Source: Takakia lepidozioides (taxonomy: Eukaryota > Plantae > Bryophyta). From it: DNA of 64,000 nt. Positions 21,871 to 36,410 of the stretch are shown in pieces. Where the stretch lies: contig CM060731.1 in NCBI GenBank assembly GCA_030704615.1, positions 35,526,001-35,590,000 on the forward strand, given 5' to 3'. Positions within the stretch are counted from its first letter, which is position 1, and every line of letters starts with the position of its first letter. The position numbers and the translations under genes are program-made. The notes beneath the pieces are model-generated. The model was not told the DNA's origin, did not search any database, and saw nothing but the letters and a program-made list of their open reading frames with translations.

Positions 21871-24800
21871 ATGGCGGCCATGTCGGGTGCCACGGCGTGG
21901 CTGAGGTTCAAAGGTGAAATGGGGAGTTGCTGCTCAACCCGCTACAAGAGTCGTTCGTGTTCCAGGTTGGCTTGCAACACGGCACCTTTCAAACCTTTCA
22001 AATTGTCAAAGAGAGCCGGCCTGCCATATCTTTGTTGCATCTCCTCGGGGGGAGGCCATGGGCAGAGTGGCATGGCGGTGCGGCGTGTCATGAATTCTGG
22101 AGAAAGCTCTTGTGCGGAATTGGAAAAGAATCGTGGCTTTTGGGGTTGCCACATCCAGCCGGTTAGATCTAGGGTTTCACTTGCAAGTAAGAAAAGGAAG
22201 TGTGAATGTGTGGCGGGTTTGTGGTCGCGGGCTTCACTGGGCGAGCCTGGAACAGCCTCGGAAGCCCTAGAGAGGGTGGGTCAACTGGATTCAATTGCCG
22301 ATTTTACGCGCTTTCGGGACAATGGTGACGAGGGGGTCGAGCTACAGACAGCCATCATCAGCTATCGCAAGCCCTTGCCGTGGTCCATCTTCCAAGCGCA
22401 GCAGGTGCAAGAACTCTGTATCACTGCCCTTTCGCGGCTTTTTAATCTCATCCCTCAGTGAGTGAAGTTTTCCCGGCATAGCTGATCTATACGCAAGTCA
22501 AACGATCGTGATTGAGGTCCTACTATTGGCCTCTGTCGTGGCTCGTTCATGCAATGACTTTCTAGGTGTATGGTTGGAGGTCGTAGCTATCTTGAAGGCT
22601 GGTCCTGTAGGTTAAGAGCAACACACTACATGGTAGTGGCGATATTCAGCCTCCAGTAGTTAGTACCGGGGTCTATAACAGTCAAAGAAAGTGGAGGATT
22701 TAGCTCACGGCCAAGCTGTGATTAGTTGATGTATGGAAGCATTCAGCATCCTTAGGCGTTCAAATTGATTTGGGAGATATAACCACTATAGGATTATTTC
22801 TGAATTGCCACCTTTTGGAGGCTAATAAGTTATCACAGACACACAAGTGTGTATTTTTCCCTTCGTCATCCCCCCCTCCCCCCCCTCCCCCCAAAAAAAA
22901 AAGCTTCAAACTTACTTATCAAATGGAATATGAACTGTTCTACTTCTGCAATTGAAATGAAAGGAATCTGAGTTTGCTTTCATCTTGGTAGATAGATTAG
23001 ACATATCCAGGTGATCCACTCAATGAACCGACATGTGTCCAGCTATTGAGTTCTTCCAAGTGCTTGGTAAACTTTGGTGATCGCTAACACTACCACTACC
23101 GGTCTTATATTTGTTGCAGGTTGATCTCGTAGCAGCAGTACACATCGCCGACAGAGAGTAAGTCGCCCAGACTTTTTAATTTGTTTGGGAGGCTTCTGGG
23201 AGATTGTGGTTTCACCTTTGGAGTAATGGAAGTATCAATGTTTCAGGAAATTGCACACATCAACAAGTCGTGAAACAACACTCACGTCTGACATGTGCAG
23301 GTATTTCTCCTCTCTTCAGAAGGAACTCGGCACATATGATCGGGTGTTGTATGAGATGGTGGCTGACAAGAACAAAATGCAGACTAATAGGCTGGGCAAG
23401 ATGCGATGGAGGCCCCCTCGACGTCTCCCTGGGCGCCGCGGCAGCCATGGGTTCAGCATCATAGGCATGATACAGAGGGTGATGGCACAGCTCCTCACGT
23501 TAGAGTTTCAGTTAGAGTGCCTTGACTATAGACGAGACAATTGGTATCACGCAGATCTTGATTTTGACACCTTTCAGGATTTACAGGTATGCCACTTGTT
23601 ACCCACAAGATATTCTTCTCATTTTGCAAAATTGTCAATATAGAGTCTTGCTTGCCTTTTTTTTAATGGATCCAGATTCCTCTTTGTCTGTGCATCCTTG
23701 TCCCTGACATATCTACAAACATTGATTTTGGATGCAAATGGTGTCAACATGGTTGAATGCAGTCTGTTACGGGTTTCACGCCAACTTATTTTGCACTTGG
23801 GTAAGTGAATTTCTTCATTGTGGTTTGTATGGCAGCGTGAGCGTGGGGAATCTTTCTTCTCGTTTGCAAGAGATTTAACTGCATTTTCAAGCAAAGCTAT
23901 CACAAGGGCCACCCTGGCACCCACTGGCCTGGATCCATGGCGGGCAAAGCTGTTCTGGATCTCCCGGGTGATGCCCATGCCTTTACTGGGCCTGTTTGTG
24001 ATTGAGGGTGTGTGTGCACCATCTCATTCACCCCTCAAGAAATCGCCTGAGATGAAGGCGCTATTGGATCTGGATCTAGCAGGAGCTTTCAAAGTCTTTC
24101 TGGCCAAGCAAATAACTACAGAGTAAGACCTGTGCGCCTCCTCTAGTGCTTGGATGGTGGATCATGAGTGAAATGAGGGTGCATTGCCAGTCCTTTTTAA
24201 TGCTTTCAAAGAGCAGTGCTTGCTCAGAAGAGTACCATTTGCAGCATCAGAAAGTGGTCACTATCCTCACCTTCAAGCCCAGATATTGGACATATGGATT
24301 CCCTTTTCCCAACTTACTGTTCAGAGGTAGGCAATCTACTCACTAAGTTGAAGTTTAGCCCAATGTCCAGGTGTGCCAAAGAGAGAGATAGAGAAAGGAT
24401 TTTTATCCAGATGATTATTACAGATGTGCAATGGTTGGCAGAATGTTGCTTCAGTCCCATATGTCTCTCTATGGATCCAAGGGGATTGAGTACAGCTCCC
24501 TGAAGTTCACAGTGCTAAGTTTATTCTCCCTTGTTCTTTCAGTGGACATCTAACTGGACCTCTTGGCTACCATCACTATTTTTTTCTCTCCGTTAACTAA
24601 GGGGCATCTTTGTTGACAGTCTGACAGTAGGTGCATCATCATTGGTGGAGAACTCAGTGATAATAGGGGAGCGAAACCGTGTGGCAATGGATGAGCTACA
24701 GGAAGCTCTGAGGGAGGGGTGCCACAAGGTGGCCATTTTCTATGGCAGTGGGCACTTACCTGATATGGACCGTCGGCTTCGTCAGCAATTTGGTCTGGAG

Positions 24801-25067
24801 CCCACGGGAATCCACTGGCGAACAGCATGGTTGATAAAGGCACGCAAATTCAATCCAGCTGGGAACCTGTCCGCTTTTTTGCATTCACTGGCAGAGATCT
24901 CTGGGTGGCCGCTTAACAGATACCAAACACTCTCTCTCTTGCTCCTCTCAGCTGTCCTTGCTGTCGATCTTTGGTGCTGGGAGATTTTCTTGAATGCAGC
25001 CAATGAGTATATTGAACAAGCGCTTGTTGCAATTGTTAGCTTCCTGGACAAAGGATGGAACCTTTGA
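21871..25067 (+). CDS. Conserved uncharacterised, probably plastid-targeted protein with TraB/GumN-like motifs. Exons 21871-22404, 23120-23157, 23301-23586, 23836-24122, 24620-25067
   Basis: Phase-consistent GT-AG splicing gives ELQTAI..VDLVAAVHIADREYF..YDRVLYEMV..FQLECLDY..WYHADLD..VIIGERNRVA..VAIFYGSGHLPDMDRRL. It has a Ser/Arg-rich transit-like N-terminus and a C-terminal hydrophobic helix. Confidence 0.8.
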
Positions 25068-26157
25068 GAGGGCTGCAACCTGAGTTGGTGAAGTTGCTTT
25101 TGACCACATGCTGACTGGGGTATACAATTACAACCTTGACCAACCTCGGAACAATCTTTGTGACACAGCTTTCATTGTAAACCTGGCAGGTTATTGATGT
25201 AAGTCAATAGTCCTCGGTCCTTCCAGAGCCTTAACTCAGTGGTCTCCCTTGCAATATTGGGACTGAGCTTTCACTGCAGTAGGAATGGTCTGTGTACTGT
25301 ACAAATGTGATTGACATTCTTTCTGTGAGTTGCCCTCTCAGCAATTCATCTCTTTAAATGTTTATGTACAAAAGGTGTACTCTAAATATTTAGCAAGCTG
25401 CTTGCTGCCTTTACCCAGTATTAAGCATTGGTTTGCTTGATTTGGATTTGTGATACCAAGTTTAACTTTGATGCAAAGAAGGTTGATGAAAATGGGATCG
25501 ATCTTTTGCATTCCATCGGCGTCGAGATCCAGATGATTCTGATAGGGTTTAGAAGAAGGTTGGAGACAGTCATGTGCTATAGTCAGAAATGATGAATGTA
25601 GGGACTTTCTACTAAGGTCATAGGGATCCACAAACTCCATTGCAGAGAGTGATGCTGTAACTGCTCCCACAATGCAGTTGGTTTTTAGAACTCTCTATTC
25701 TGTCTTGCATGTCCAGAATCAGTCTCCCTGAAGGCTAATCTTTGCACAGGCTCTCCGATGTTTTGCCCTGGGAACTTGCTCTAGTCTGTCTGTCATGAGT
25801 GTTGAGGTTTACACGAATATTTTCTTGTCTTCAGGGGGAAAACATTAGCCTCTGCGCACAACTTCCACAGCTCTTACTTCCGGAAACTCTGGAATGTATG
25901 TAATGGAATAGAAAGAATGGCTCGAGTGTTCTGTATATGTGGTGCCACCATGTGTTCTCTGATATAAACTTGCCAACACTTCCTCAACCCCCTTTGATGT
26001 ACTGTCAGCAGAAGTGGCTACTAGTGCAAATGCCTACCTGGTTCTAGGGACCAAGTAACTTAGTTCAATTAATGCTGGCAATGCTGCCACCTAATACTGG
26101 TCGTTGTGCTTTAAAATTGAGCACCACTACATCATCAAATTGTTGCAATCTATGCCC

Positions 26158-29100
26158 TTAGGCTTCCCCCACACCTGAAGAGTCTACTGCCAGTGGTAGT
26201 TGTAGTGCGAGCTCAGCTGAATCAAAGAGTTGCTCCAGGGTCTCCTTCAATTCCGGCTCAGCAAAGCTATGCTTGATTGCTTCCCTCGCCAGCTTCATTA
26301 GCTCCTCAAGTGTCAGGTCTAGCCAAGCATGTATTGACCGACCATCAGAATGCCCATGAAGCATCCAAATGTAGTCAGAAGTTAGACTTGGGTGTTGAAG
26401 CGTGGCAATGAAAGCCGACAGTTGGCAAAGATGGTAGCCACTAGGTGGTTGTTGCATGTTGGATTGTGGCTCTTCTATGCTATAAATTATTAGTTCTTTG
26501 CAACCTCAGATGAAGTTCAATTACAGAGTCTGTCATTTTAAGTCTCAATCAGGAAGTCGTGCCTCACATTCTGCTGGGAAAGAATCCTTACCAACACAAG
26601 CAGCAGCCAGAGCATATTCTCGAGAAAGGCTAGTCGAGAAGATGCCAGGATCATCAGTGCAGATTACAGTGGGATGCTTGGCCTTATAAAGCGCCACTGT
26701 CCCACCACATCACTTGTCAACTAAAGGTTTAGTTGTATCATCCAATCAATATTTGCAGTCCATTTCTGAGACACCTCACAAGCATCAAAGTGGGAGTGCG
26801 TCTGCAATGATGCAAAAGGGACATGCTCTGGACCAGCCAGAATTCCAGAATCCAACATTGCTGCAAAACTCACACTGCAAGTGATCTCTCATCCTGTTCT
26901 CAACCAGTGTTTCAATTCATTAACCCCGAAGGCTCTGCCACCACCAGAGACATTGGACTAGAAATTGGACCACAAATGTAAGTGTTTGAGCATATCTGAG
27001 CTTGGAAAGAAATTCAGATCAACAATGGTAGAGTGCAAGGGGTGCAACCAAAATGATGCTCCGAAATCGAGGGCACACTCAAAGTCGCCACGTTTGAGCT
27101 AATGCAGACCTCCACCTGCACCATTCACCATTCCATACTTCTTGAGCCACCTCAAAAGGGCCTTTGGCCACTATGGCAAACGAAGTCTTGCAAGTACATT
27201 ATCTTTACCTCTCAAAAGTATTTACAAATTCACCATGGCAAATGTCTGCTTTTTGCTTACACTAGATGTGCAAACACAAGATGCATGGTCCTCCTTGCGT
27301 CAAATTCCTGGAACAGTGTTAAAAACAAATGGATGTTTTGGTGAAGCCATTTAGGCGCCCATCTGAAAAGGAAGACCTGCACTTTATCTGAACTTTAAAT
27401 ACACTTTTGATGAAAGCCTTTGATCATGGTGATATCCATTCTACGTGTCTCCCTGCGTCCTCCCCCCGATCTTTGCTACATCTCTGAAGGGGCTGTGACC
27501 ACAAGGCTACAGCAAGCACACTTATTCTGTACATCTTCTAACTGAAAATTAGCATGTCACTCCCTTGACTAGCCAGAATGGCACAAATCAACACACCAGC
27601 TTAGGTATGATATTCAATACCGGGATACCAGAGGCCAGCAGCATGTGCCATTCAGTGTTGTCAAGACAGCAGACATGACCGAGTCGCTCCGGGCGAAAGT
27701 CTAGGATAGATCGTACTTCTTCCGGATTGCGCACCTAAGTACCAGTCCATCCCAAGAATTTATGTCATCTACAATGCAATGCAACCAGCTCAGCCTCCAC
27801 GCTTTCTGCCGTTGGCTATCTGAGCAGGTATACAGAAACCAGGCTTGCCGGCCTTGCTCCACTAGTTCTCTCAAAACCTGAGACCAAAAGACCACATCAG
27901 TCAACAGACCAAGACTTCAAATGCCACACCTCTCCACAATGAAGGGCCAGTAAAAGCCCTTGCTGTCGTGCAAAAGTCAGAGCAGGTAGAAAAGTTTGCC
28001 TGCAAGGAACAGTTTCATAAATTAGACAGGTCCCTGGCCGGTGATTTAAAGTATAAACAACAAAGGCGGAGTTAAAGAGTGCTCCCAATCTCAGACCACT
28101 AATGAATTCTGTTTGAGGTCAAGGACAAGAAATTGCTATGCTCCTTTTGGAAGGACCCCAGTATTGGGCAAAAAGTAAATTATGTCTCACTTACCTAGAA
28201 AGGATTTATTCCTACCATTCTCCTATAGAGGGGTTGCCTGACAAATCCACACCAACAACCTGACGCCCTTCCTCCCGCATCTCACATGCCAACCGTACCT
28301 TGCAGAGGACATCAATACCAATATAAGTAAACCCACAGATGATCCAATTTTATGAAGCCAAAGGGATTGCTCTTAAAGTTACAGGAGTCCAGAGCAGGTG
28401 TTTCTCACAGTGTCCATGGCTGCTTCCACACCCTCACGACGGTCAATACTAAGGAGGAGACGGACATATATCGAGTTTGGTGATGTAATAGCCATGTCAA
28501 GGCCTGCCATAACTGCTTCCATGTATGACCGTTTGGTCATTTCCACTGCTGGTTTGTTCTGTGCCAATAACCAAGCCAGTCCTCATGAAACCTCCTTCCC
28601 CAGCCAACACTCCCCCTTGATTGTTCCTTGAGCATAACGTGTTATCTTGTATGGAACATGAGTAAGAGCATAATACACCTACAGAACTTGATGAAGATCT
28701 GGAAAAGAAAAATATATTACCCCTTGTCTGTTAGCTAAGTGATGGTATACTCTATGGTTGCCCTTGTGAAAGACACTCACGTGGACCTCAATTCCTCTGT
28801 CCAGAGTATTGAGAAGAGACCGGAGACATAACAGCAGCTGTTAGTGGTGAGTGGACTAGTTTGTGTTACCTTGGGTGTTGTGCGGAGCTCAACATAAATG
28901 ATGTTCTCAGCAGCAAAATCTTCAATGACCTGAATTCCATGTCAGGTTGTTAAGCAAAGCAAAATGTTTCAGCATACCACAAATCAAGAGTAGTGAGGAA
29001 GTTGAAGCTTACCTCTCGCGTGATACGTGTGATAGCAATATGGTCAGTGGTAATTTTACGAATTAGGTCGAACAGCCTGAAGGTCTCTGAAAGCGACCGC

Positions 29101-30149
29101 CTTTCTGTCAATCATCCCCAAGACATAAGAATAGGGCTTTGCAGAGACTCACAGCCCTGCAGAAATATTCGGAAGCTTAGCACTATGAGGAAAGAAGACT
29201 TGGAGATGCAACGTGTATCCAAGTAGGTCAGAGGAAAAGACCTTTTTTTATTATGCACTCCAACTCACACATCCGTTTCTTGGCATGATCACCAGCAAGC
29301 TCCCTGCATCCCATCTTACCCTCATTCTCTACTAAGTTTTACCCTTAAAGTTTTGAACTATCCTGAAATTAGTTTGGAAGTTGTTGATCAACTCTAATTT
29401 AGGTCAGAGTAATTTAGAATTTGGCCTTCAAATGAGCTTTTGCCAATCCAAATGGATTGTTCTGACCTTCCCTGTATTCGACATTATAGAGCTCCTTTCC
29501 TTCTTGCTTTCTCTTCCACTTGTGACTTCAGGCATATCTAAATGAAATCCCTTAGAAACAGGAACTGCAGAATGCATGGTATATGCTAATGAGAAACCAC
29601 TGAATACTGATTATCCAATCTGTGTTGTTTCTAAGATTGTTTCAATTTTCGATCACTTGAAAATAATTTGATCCGTATTCTTGCTAAGCACTATACCTTT
29701 GAATTCTTTCTGGTATGAAGACTGTCTCTCTCATCTTGATAAGAAGAAGGTTGGGTACTTTGCAAGAATATATTGTGCAAAAAGGATGTATGGCACACAA
29801 GCACAGACTCAGAGGCGGGAAATATGTAAAGGGAAAAACAAAAAAAGAAAGCTTAGTCACTACTACAGATCCACCAAATGTTCAAAGTTGCTCCTTGTTT
29901 TCATGTCTACAATTCGGTTTTTGTGACTCCCTACAAAACGTCAAGTCGTTGACACCCCAACACCAAGAAATCTACTCAGTGGATAGACTAAAATCTAGCA
30001 AAACAATTGAGAGAGATTGAGGGGGTTAAAGAGACAGACAGGAGAGTAGAAGTGCGAACGCAGCCGTTAAGATGCGCGTGGAGCTCTATTTTGGGCAGCG
30101 CACGGCACAGCGGAAGACGTTGGGAGACAAGGAGCTCGGTGTCCACCAT
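26158..30149 (-). CDS. ADAL: Adenosine deaminase-like protein (N6-methyl-AMP deaminase, ADAL/MAPDA), multi-exon
   Basis: LPKIELHAHLNG (30150-30040), ITTDH..ITRE, FAAENIIYVELRTTPK, YVRLLLSIDRRE, VVGVDLSGNP, LHCGE, PERLGH, VEVCISSN, ICTDDPGIFSTSLSREY; stop at 26158. Confidence 0.93.
27489..27536 (+). mobile_element. Diverged 3' tip of the RTEX-like LINE in an ADAL intron
   Basis: gggctgtgaccacaaggctacagcaagcacac..gtacatct resembles the other tips. No clear TSD. Confidence 0.5.
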
Positions 30150-30189
30150 GATATTAGAGCACGTATGTGCAGGACCATATAAACTTTGA

Positions 30190-30790
30190 AGATTTTTCTT
30201 CCTTCATTCCCTCGATTCTTCTTTGAAAATCTTGCATACCCTCCTTCATGCATGCATGCACCTTATTCTTTCTTCATTCATTCCTTGAAATGCATGCATA
30301 CAAGCATTCGTGCGAGTCCTAAGCATACTGCATTCCTTTTTCCTTTTCCTTCAACGCTTTTACGCGACTGGAGCCGGGCATGGCCACGCTCTGGCCAATT
30401 CAGTCATTCCTTCAAATCCTTGGGGACATTGTTCATGTGAGCCGTAGGAAACTTGTCCTCATGCATCCTGCATTCCTTTTTCCTTTCTCTATATCGACCT
30501 GGAGTCCGGCACGGCCGCATTACTTGGCTTCTTGCGATCTCATTCATTCCTCCTTCCCTTCAAATCCTTGCAGACAATCCTCCATCCTAGAATCATATTA
30601 CCTCGTGCTTCCTGCACAGCGTTTTATTTTATCGCCTTTGCAAGGCTGGAGGCTGGCATGGCCACGATGCCTCGGCTCGTGTCAATTCATTCATGCCTTA
30701 ATTCCTTCTTTCTTGCAGGCGATCCATCATGCTTTGCTCTAATCTTTCCTTGTCAATTGCGTGGCTGTTGTGCCTGGCCATGCGGTGCAC
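30190..30790. repeat. Degenerate tandem repeat (about 140-bp units), probably TE-derived
   Basis: Recurring tggag(c/g)c(g/t)ggca(t/c)ggcc, cattcattcc and ctgcattcctttttccttt motifs. Confidence 0.5.
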
Positions 30791-32966
30791 AGATGAACTA
30801 TCAAAACCGCCCTTTCTTCATCATTATCGTTTATGCAACAAAGTTTTTGCTGCTATGAGCTGCCTGAGGGTTAACAAATCCACCATGAGATCCCCCTCTT
30901 CAGAACCAGCAAGCCATACTACAGTTGCTGAGAAACGAAGACTTCGGAATGTGGTTCACGTTGAAGGTTCCTCGTTAGATGGATGTTTAGATGAATGTTT
31001 CTTCAGGTGCATGTAGCAAAGAAAGCGTCGAAAGAGGAAGCAAGCCAGGCTAGTCCGTATTGCAACACAGATAGAAGAGAGGCCGGAGCCAGCAGCTCTT
31101 TCAGCCTCCTTGTGTGTTTGTGGTCCGCCATCAGGCTAGACACGAATATGGAAGGAATCTGTCGGGGACAATTTTCAATCATGCATGATGCAGAAGTTCG
31201 GTCTTCTCGCGCAACCACGCAGTCATCGCATTACTTACACCCTTTCAAATTACCTCCCATCTCGTACCTCCCCTACCCCCTCGCTTATCTGTGTACCCCC
31301 TCGGTTATTCAAGATACTCATGTGTGTTTGAGATACTTTATCTTGGTTTGATGTCCATGCGTTCTTCCAGTCTCTTAAACTGCATCGCAAAGGCAACTTA
31401 TCTTGGAAAATCTGAGACTGTCAATGCGAAGCCACCTTCCGTATTTCAAATGTCGGAGACAAACGTGCGATTGTCTGACAAAAACATTTCTAGCTAAGTT
31501 CGCAGTTTTGTCAACATCGCGTTCGGACCAAGAAGTCCGTAAGTAGATTGGATTGTTTCTCTTTTCTGGAGACTTCATTAGCATCCTTTATCAAACAAGT
31601 CTGACGGCTGGGAAAACACGCGCATCTCTCCATCACCCTGTTAAGCTTCAAAATGGCTCACATACTCCTAGCTAAGGATGTATTTTCTGTCCATATTTGT
31701 ATGTGTGATGAGCGTCTGACCTTTGGAGAGCTAAAGATCATGTCATGTTGTGGGGAATACCAAGACCAGCCACGTTCTAAGTTAGAAACCTCAGGAACTC
31801 CAATCCACGGTAAGTTGAAGTCCGACTCCCGACTCGCTTGCTAGGCACCAGGGTGGCTTTATATTCCATTAACAACAAGGAGAAACGTGAATCACCATCT
31901 TTCAGCTTCTAGAATCACAGCCAGTAGACTGGACTGTCCAACATTCTCACAACCGTAGCACCAGAGCAAATTATTAATAAGCTCGGTACCTACCTTGCTC
32001 CATGGTTTAGCCTCTTCCAGTACATGTTCAACCTGTGAGACTATCCAATCAAGCCAGAGACACTCGTTTCAAGGGAGGGCAAGAAGATCTATAATATTGT
32101 TACAGAGAGCTTAGATAGCAGGCTTGAGTCTCACTCGCGTGGGTGCAATGAGGTAGCCCTATAGGATCATTTCAAAGACGTGCTCGTGTGTGGAGAAATG
32201 GGCAAGCATGTCCAGTTCTGTAAATTTGCAGGGCAAACTTTGAGCACACCTTGTAGCAGCTTTGACACTTAGGCACACAGTTTTGAAGACCACCACAGCA
32301 GATGTTGTAAAAACCCTCTGGTATCCTTGCATATCTGCAACTAGAATGAGAGAAAGTTATTGGGTGGATTAATGCAATCAAATTTACATCTTCACTCGGC
32401 AGACTTGGCTGTCATGTCACCAGGTTGAGACTCAAATGCGGAAATCATCTAAAGTGTAGTCAACATGAAGTGTCAAACACATAAGCCTACCTAAACCCTC
32501 CTCCCTTTCCCTTGCCACCATACTTGTCATGACAAAATGTTGCTTGGTCTAAGGGGGTCCTCACAGAAAGATTGTCATACCCCATGAAGACTACAAGAGA
32601 CCTTGATATTGCACCATGCTCATACAGTGCAGGTACTAGATCACCCAGCATGTAATTTGTATATGGTGCACAACCTTAGTGAAGTATATCCTATGTATCA
32701 ATTATGACAGAAAGACCATTCATAGACTTTGACTGAGATTTGGGTTTTGAGATTTGGATTTGGATCCGATAAATTTGGGGTTAAAGGATGACCCACCATA
32801 CAGTTGTCCAGGAATCTATGACATGCAAACATCACAATTTTTCTAATCATGTCCCCAACTAAGATAGTATTCAACCTCCGAACTGTGCATATAACTTTGC
32901 TGCAAAATCCCATGAAAAAGCTGTTAATGAGGTCAGAGTCCATAGAACCAGCCACTTTGAAGGTAA

Positions 32967-34067
<1,101 letters not shown>

Positions 34068-34197
34068 GGCTGTGGCTGCCAAGCTTCTCGCACGCCCCCA
34101 AACAAAGAGGAGCAGGTTGAAGGGAGCCCCGGCCTTTACCCTAACTCAGAACAGATGAATGGTATCTGTCACACCGTTCATCCGTTAGGGCAATTCT

Positions 34198-34235
34198 CTA
34201 GGGTTTCGGGCTTAGGGTTAAGGCCTAGGGGTTTA
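34198..34235 (-). promoter_or_regulatory. Telo-box cluster (AAACCCTA-like) upstream of RPL23
   Basis: ctagggttt, ttagggtta and ctaggggttt lie 130-165 bp upstream of the ATG. Telo-boxes are typical of plant ribosomal protein promoters. Confidence 0.65.
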
Positions 34236-34519
34236 AGGCCCCTCTAGTCTGGCTGGTGTCCAAGTTGGTTCACTGCTGCAATGGTGTGATGGTTACTCGA
34301 GCAAAAGAAAAAATCCTTCTGATATGTAGCAAGGAACCTGTCCTCGTAAAGAGATCTTTCTTTGAACATGTGGGAGTTTTGAGATATGCTCGGAGAGTTT
34401 GAGGGCCTAAGTTTCTAACTAGGAATTCTGAGTCATGCATGAGTGCAGCAATGAATCAGGCATAGTGGTTGAACCAAGCGTCCCCAATATGGTCACTGTC
34501 TAAGAGTATCAAGAGAGGC

Positions 34520-34800
34520 TGTGAATAAGAACGCTCCAGGCACTCATGAGGATCTTGGAAACTATGTGAGGCATGACAATGGAGTGAGGCGCTGCACATT
34601 TTGAAGCAGGGATGCATTTTGGCAGACCACAATAGTTATGTGTGTCTCTTGAAGGAGTGTAACAAGATAAAAGGTCTAGTAGAGGGAGAGCAGGTGCACG
34701 CTCACATCAACCAAACTGGATTCAAGTCGAACAGCTTCTACTAAGCACCCTTGTTGACATGTATGCTAAGAAGTTTGGTGAATGCATGTCTAGTGTTTGA
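34520..34800 (+). pseudogene. PLS-type PPR gene fragment
   Basis: YVCLLKECNKIKGLVEGEQVHAHINQTGFKSNSFLLSTLVDMYAK with disrupted flanks. Confidence 0.7.
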
Positions 34801-35579
34801 CTGTTGATGAAGGTGCAAGGGAGTTGGTTATCCCAACAGGATGGCTTCAGGATCACTCAGATGTTCCTAGGGTTGGACTTCAAGAATTTCAGGGTGTGAC
34901 AAACACAAGAAACTGAGAGAGGGTGGGTCTTCAAGATAAATAGGAGAGTTTGTTTGGTGGTGGAGACGTCAAGTTAGGTAAGGAAATTTCTAGCCGAGTA
35001 TGATTGACTGTTCTGCGACCTGCCATCAAGAATCAGGGTATATGAAAAAACCAGTGAATGGCACTGGCGGTTCGGATCACTGAACAGCCTCTATGGGCGA
35101 CCTTAAGCAACTAGCCATTTTCCAAGTCAGTTAGTCAGCCATATCAGCCCATTGCAAGAAAGTGTTTTCCAGAAACCCACCTTAAGACTGGAAGCAGAGG
35201 CAAAGCCCCACACATGAATACTTTGGAGGATCTTCAAAAATATCTATGTAGTAAAACTTCCACCTTGAGTCTGATCAATGCAAGGTTGCTTTCTCATCCA
35301 CACTGAATTTCTTTCTCAGAGCAGGTCTGCTGAACTCTTATCTCCCATGGTAAAATCTGATGCTAAGTATTTGATCAACAAGAGAACTGAAAAAATACAG
35401 CTGGAAAGGCAGTCCACAGCAAAAGCGTTGTCACTGCCGCCCATTTCGGAAATCTCAAAATCGGCAATAGCAGTGACAGCAATGTCAAATTGTGGGTCGC
35501 AACTCTGCACACACTTCAATGGCCTTGTGCACTGGGTGAGCCGCAAAACTGTCAAACAAATCCTGTTTTGTTGATTGGG

Positions 35580-36050
35580 GCTCCGGCATCAACATCTAGG
35601 TACGCCTGCATGTTCACATTGACGAAACTGAATTAGTGTAGAAATTTCTTGTCCTTCATTGCATGGATTGTTCACGCTGACCGCAAAATAACTCTCACAT
35701 CCACCCAGCGTCTCCGCAAGACCTTGACATTTATAAACCCTCTGCTGCTAATTACCTTAACAAGATCAGACAAAACATTAGCTAGAAATCGACTTCATGG
35801 GTCATGCAAGAAGGGACTTCGGCATCTGTCTAACTGTTATGCAATATATGTCGAGGGGCCTTTTGCATGCTGATGAATATGACAAAACGCAGTGACCGGC
35901 CCCAATTGAGTGTCCAGCACATGCAGTGCTGGTGGGGTGTTGCTGCAAGAACAACAGCCACTTCTAATGTCACAGCTTGCTTTGAGCTTGGATCCCTATT
36001 AATACTTTGTAAACTTTTTTGGTGGCTTGCAGCACGCATTCACATGGCTA
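35580..36050 (-). pseudogene. Possible class-3 lipase pseudogene fragment
   Basis: Minus strand shows AGHSIGAG (about 35895-35920), then DIYCITV..MP and ..VPR in the order expected for lipase_3 motifs, broken by stops and frameshifts. Confidence 0.3.
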
Positions 36051-36410
36051 CCACCAGCGACTCACCTAAATGCAGCCCTCCTTATGCAATGTCGTCATGT
36101 GTGTATTGTTAAGTTTTCGCTTGTGATCATGTCGATGGGACGGTACTCACTCTGGCAATTATGGACATCGACTTTATTTCTTTCAGGAAAAGAATTTACA
36201 CTATGTACAAGAAACATTTAGCTCAAAAATGCCGGACAACTTTGTTCAATAGCTCGACCAGCTTAAACTGATCAGCATCGATTGTATCCCATGAAATCGG
36301 TGGCAACTTGTACCACATAACCAATAGCCTGCAATATTTACTGACTAGAATGTCTATGATAGTATAATCTCATGGCTCCGTTGCATGTGAAGTCGTAACA
36401 GTTCAGAGGA

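Noticed and set aside
30860-31860. Possible retroelement remnant between ADAL and RPL23
   Set aside because: No diagnostic domain, LTR pair or convincing PBS was seen.
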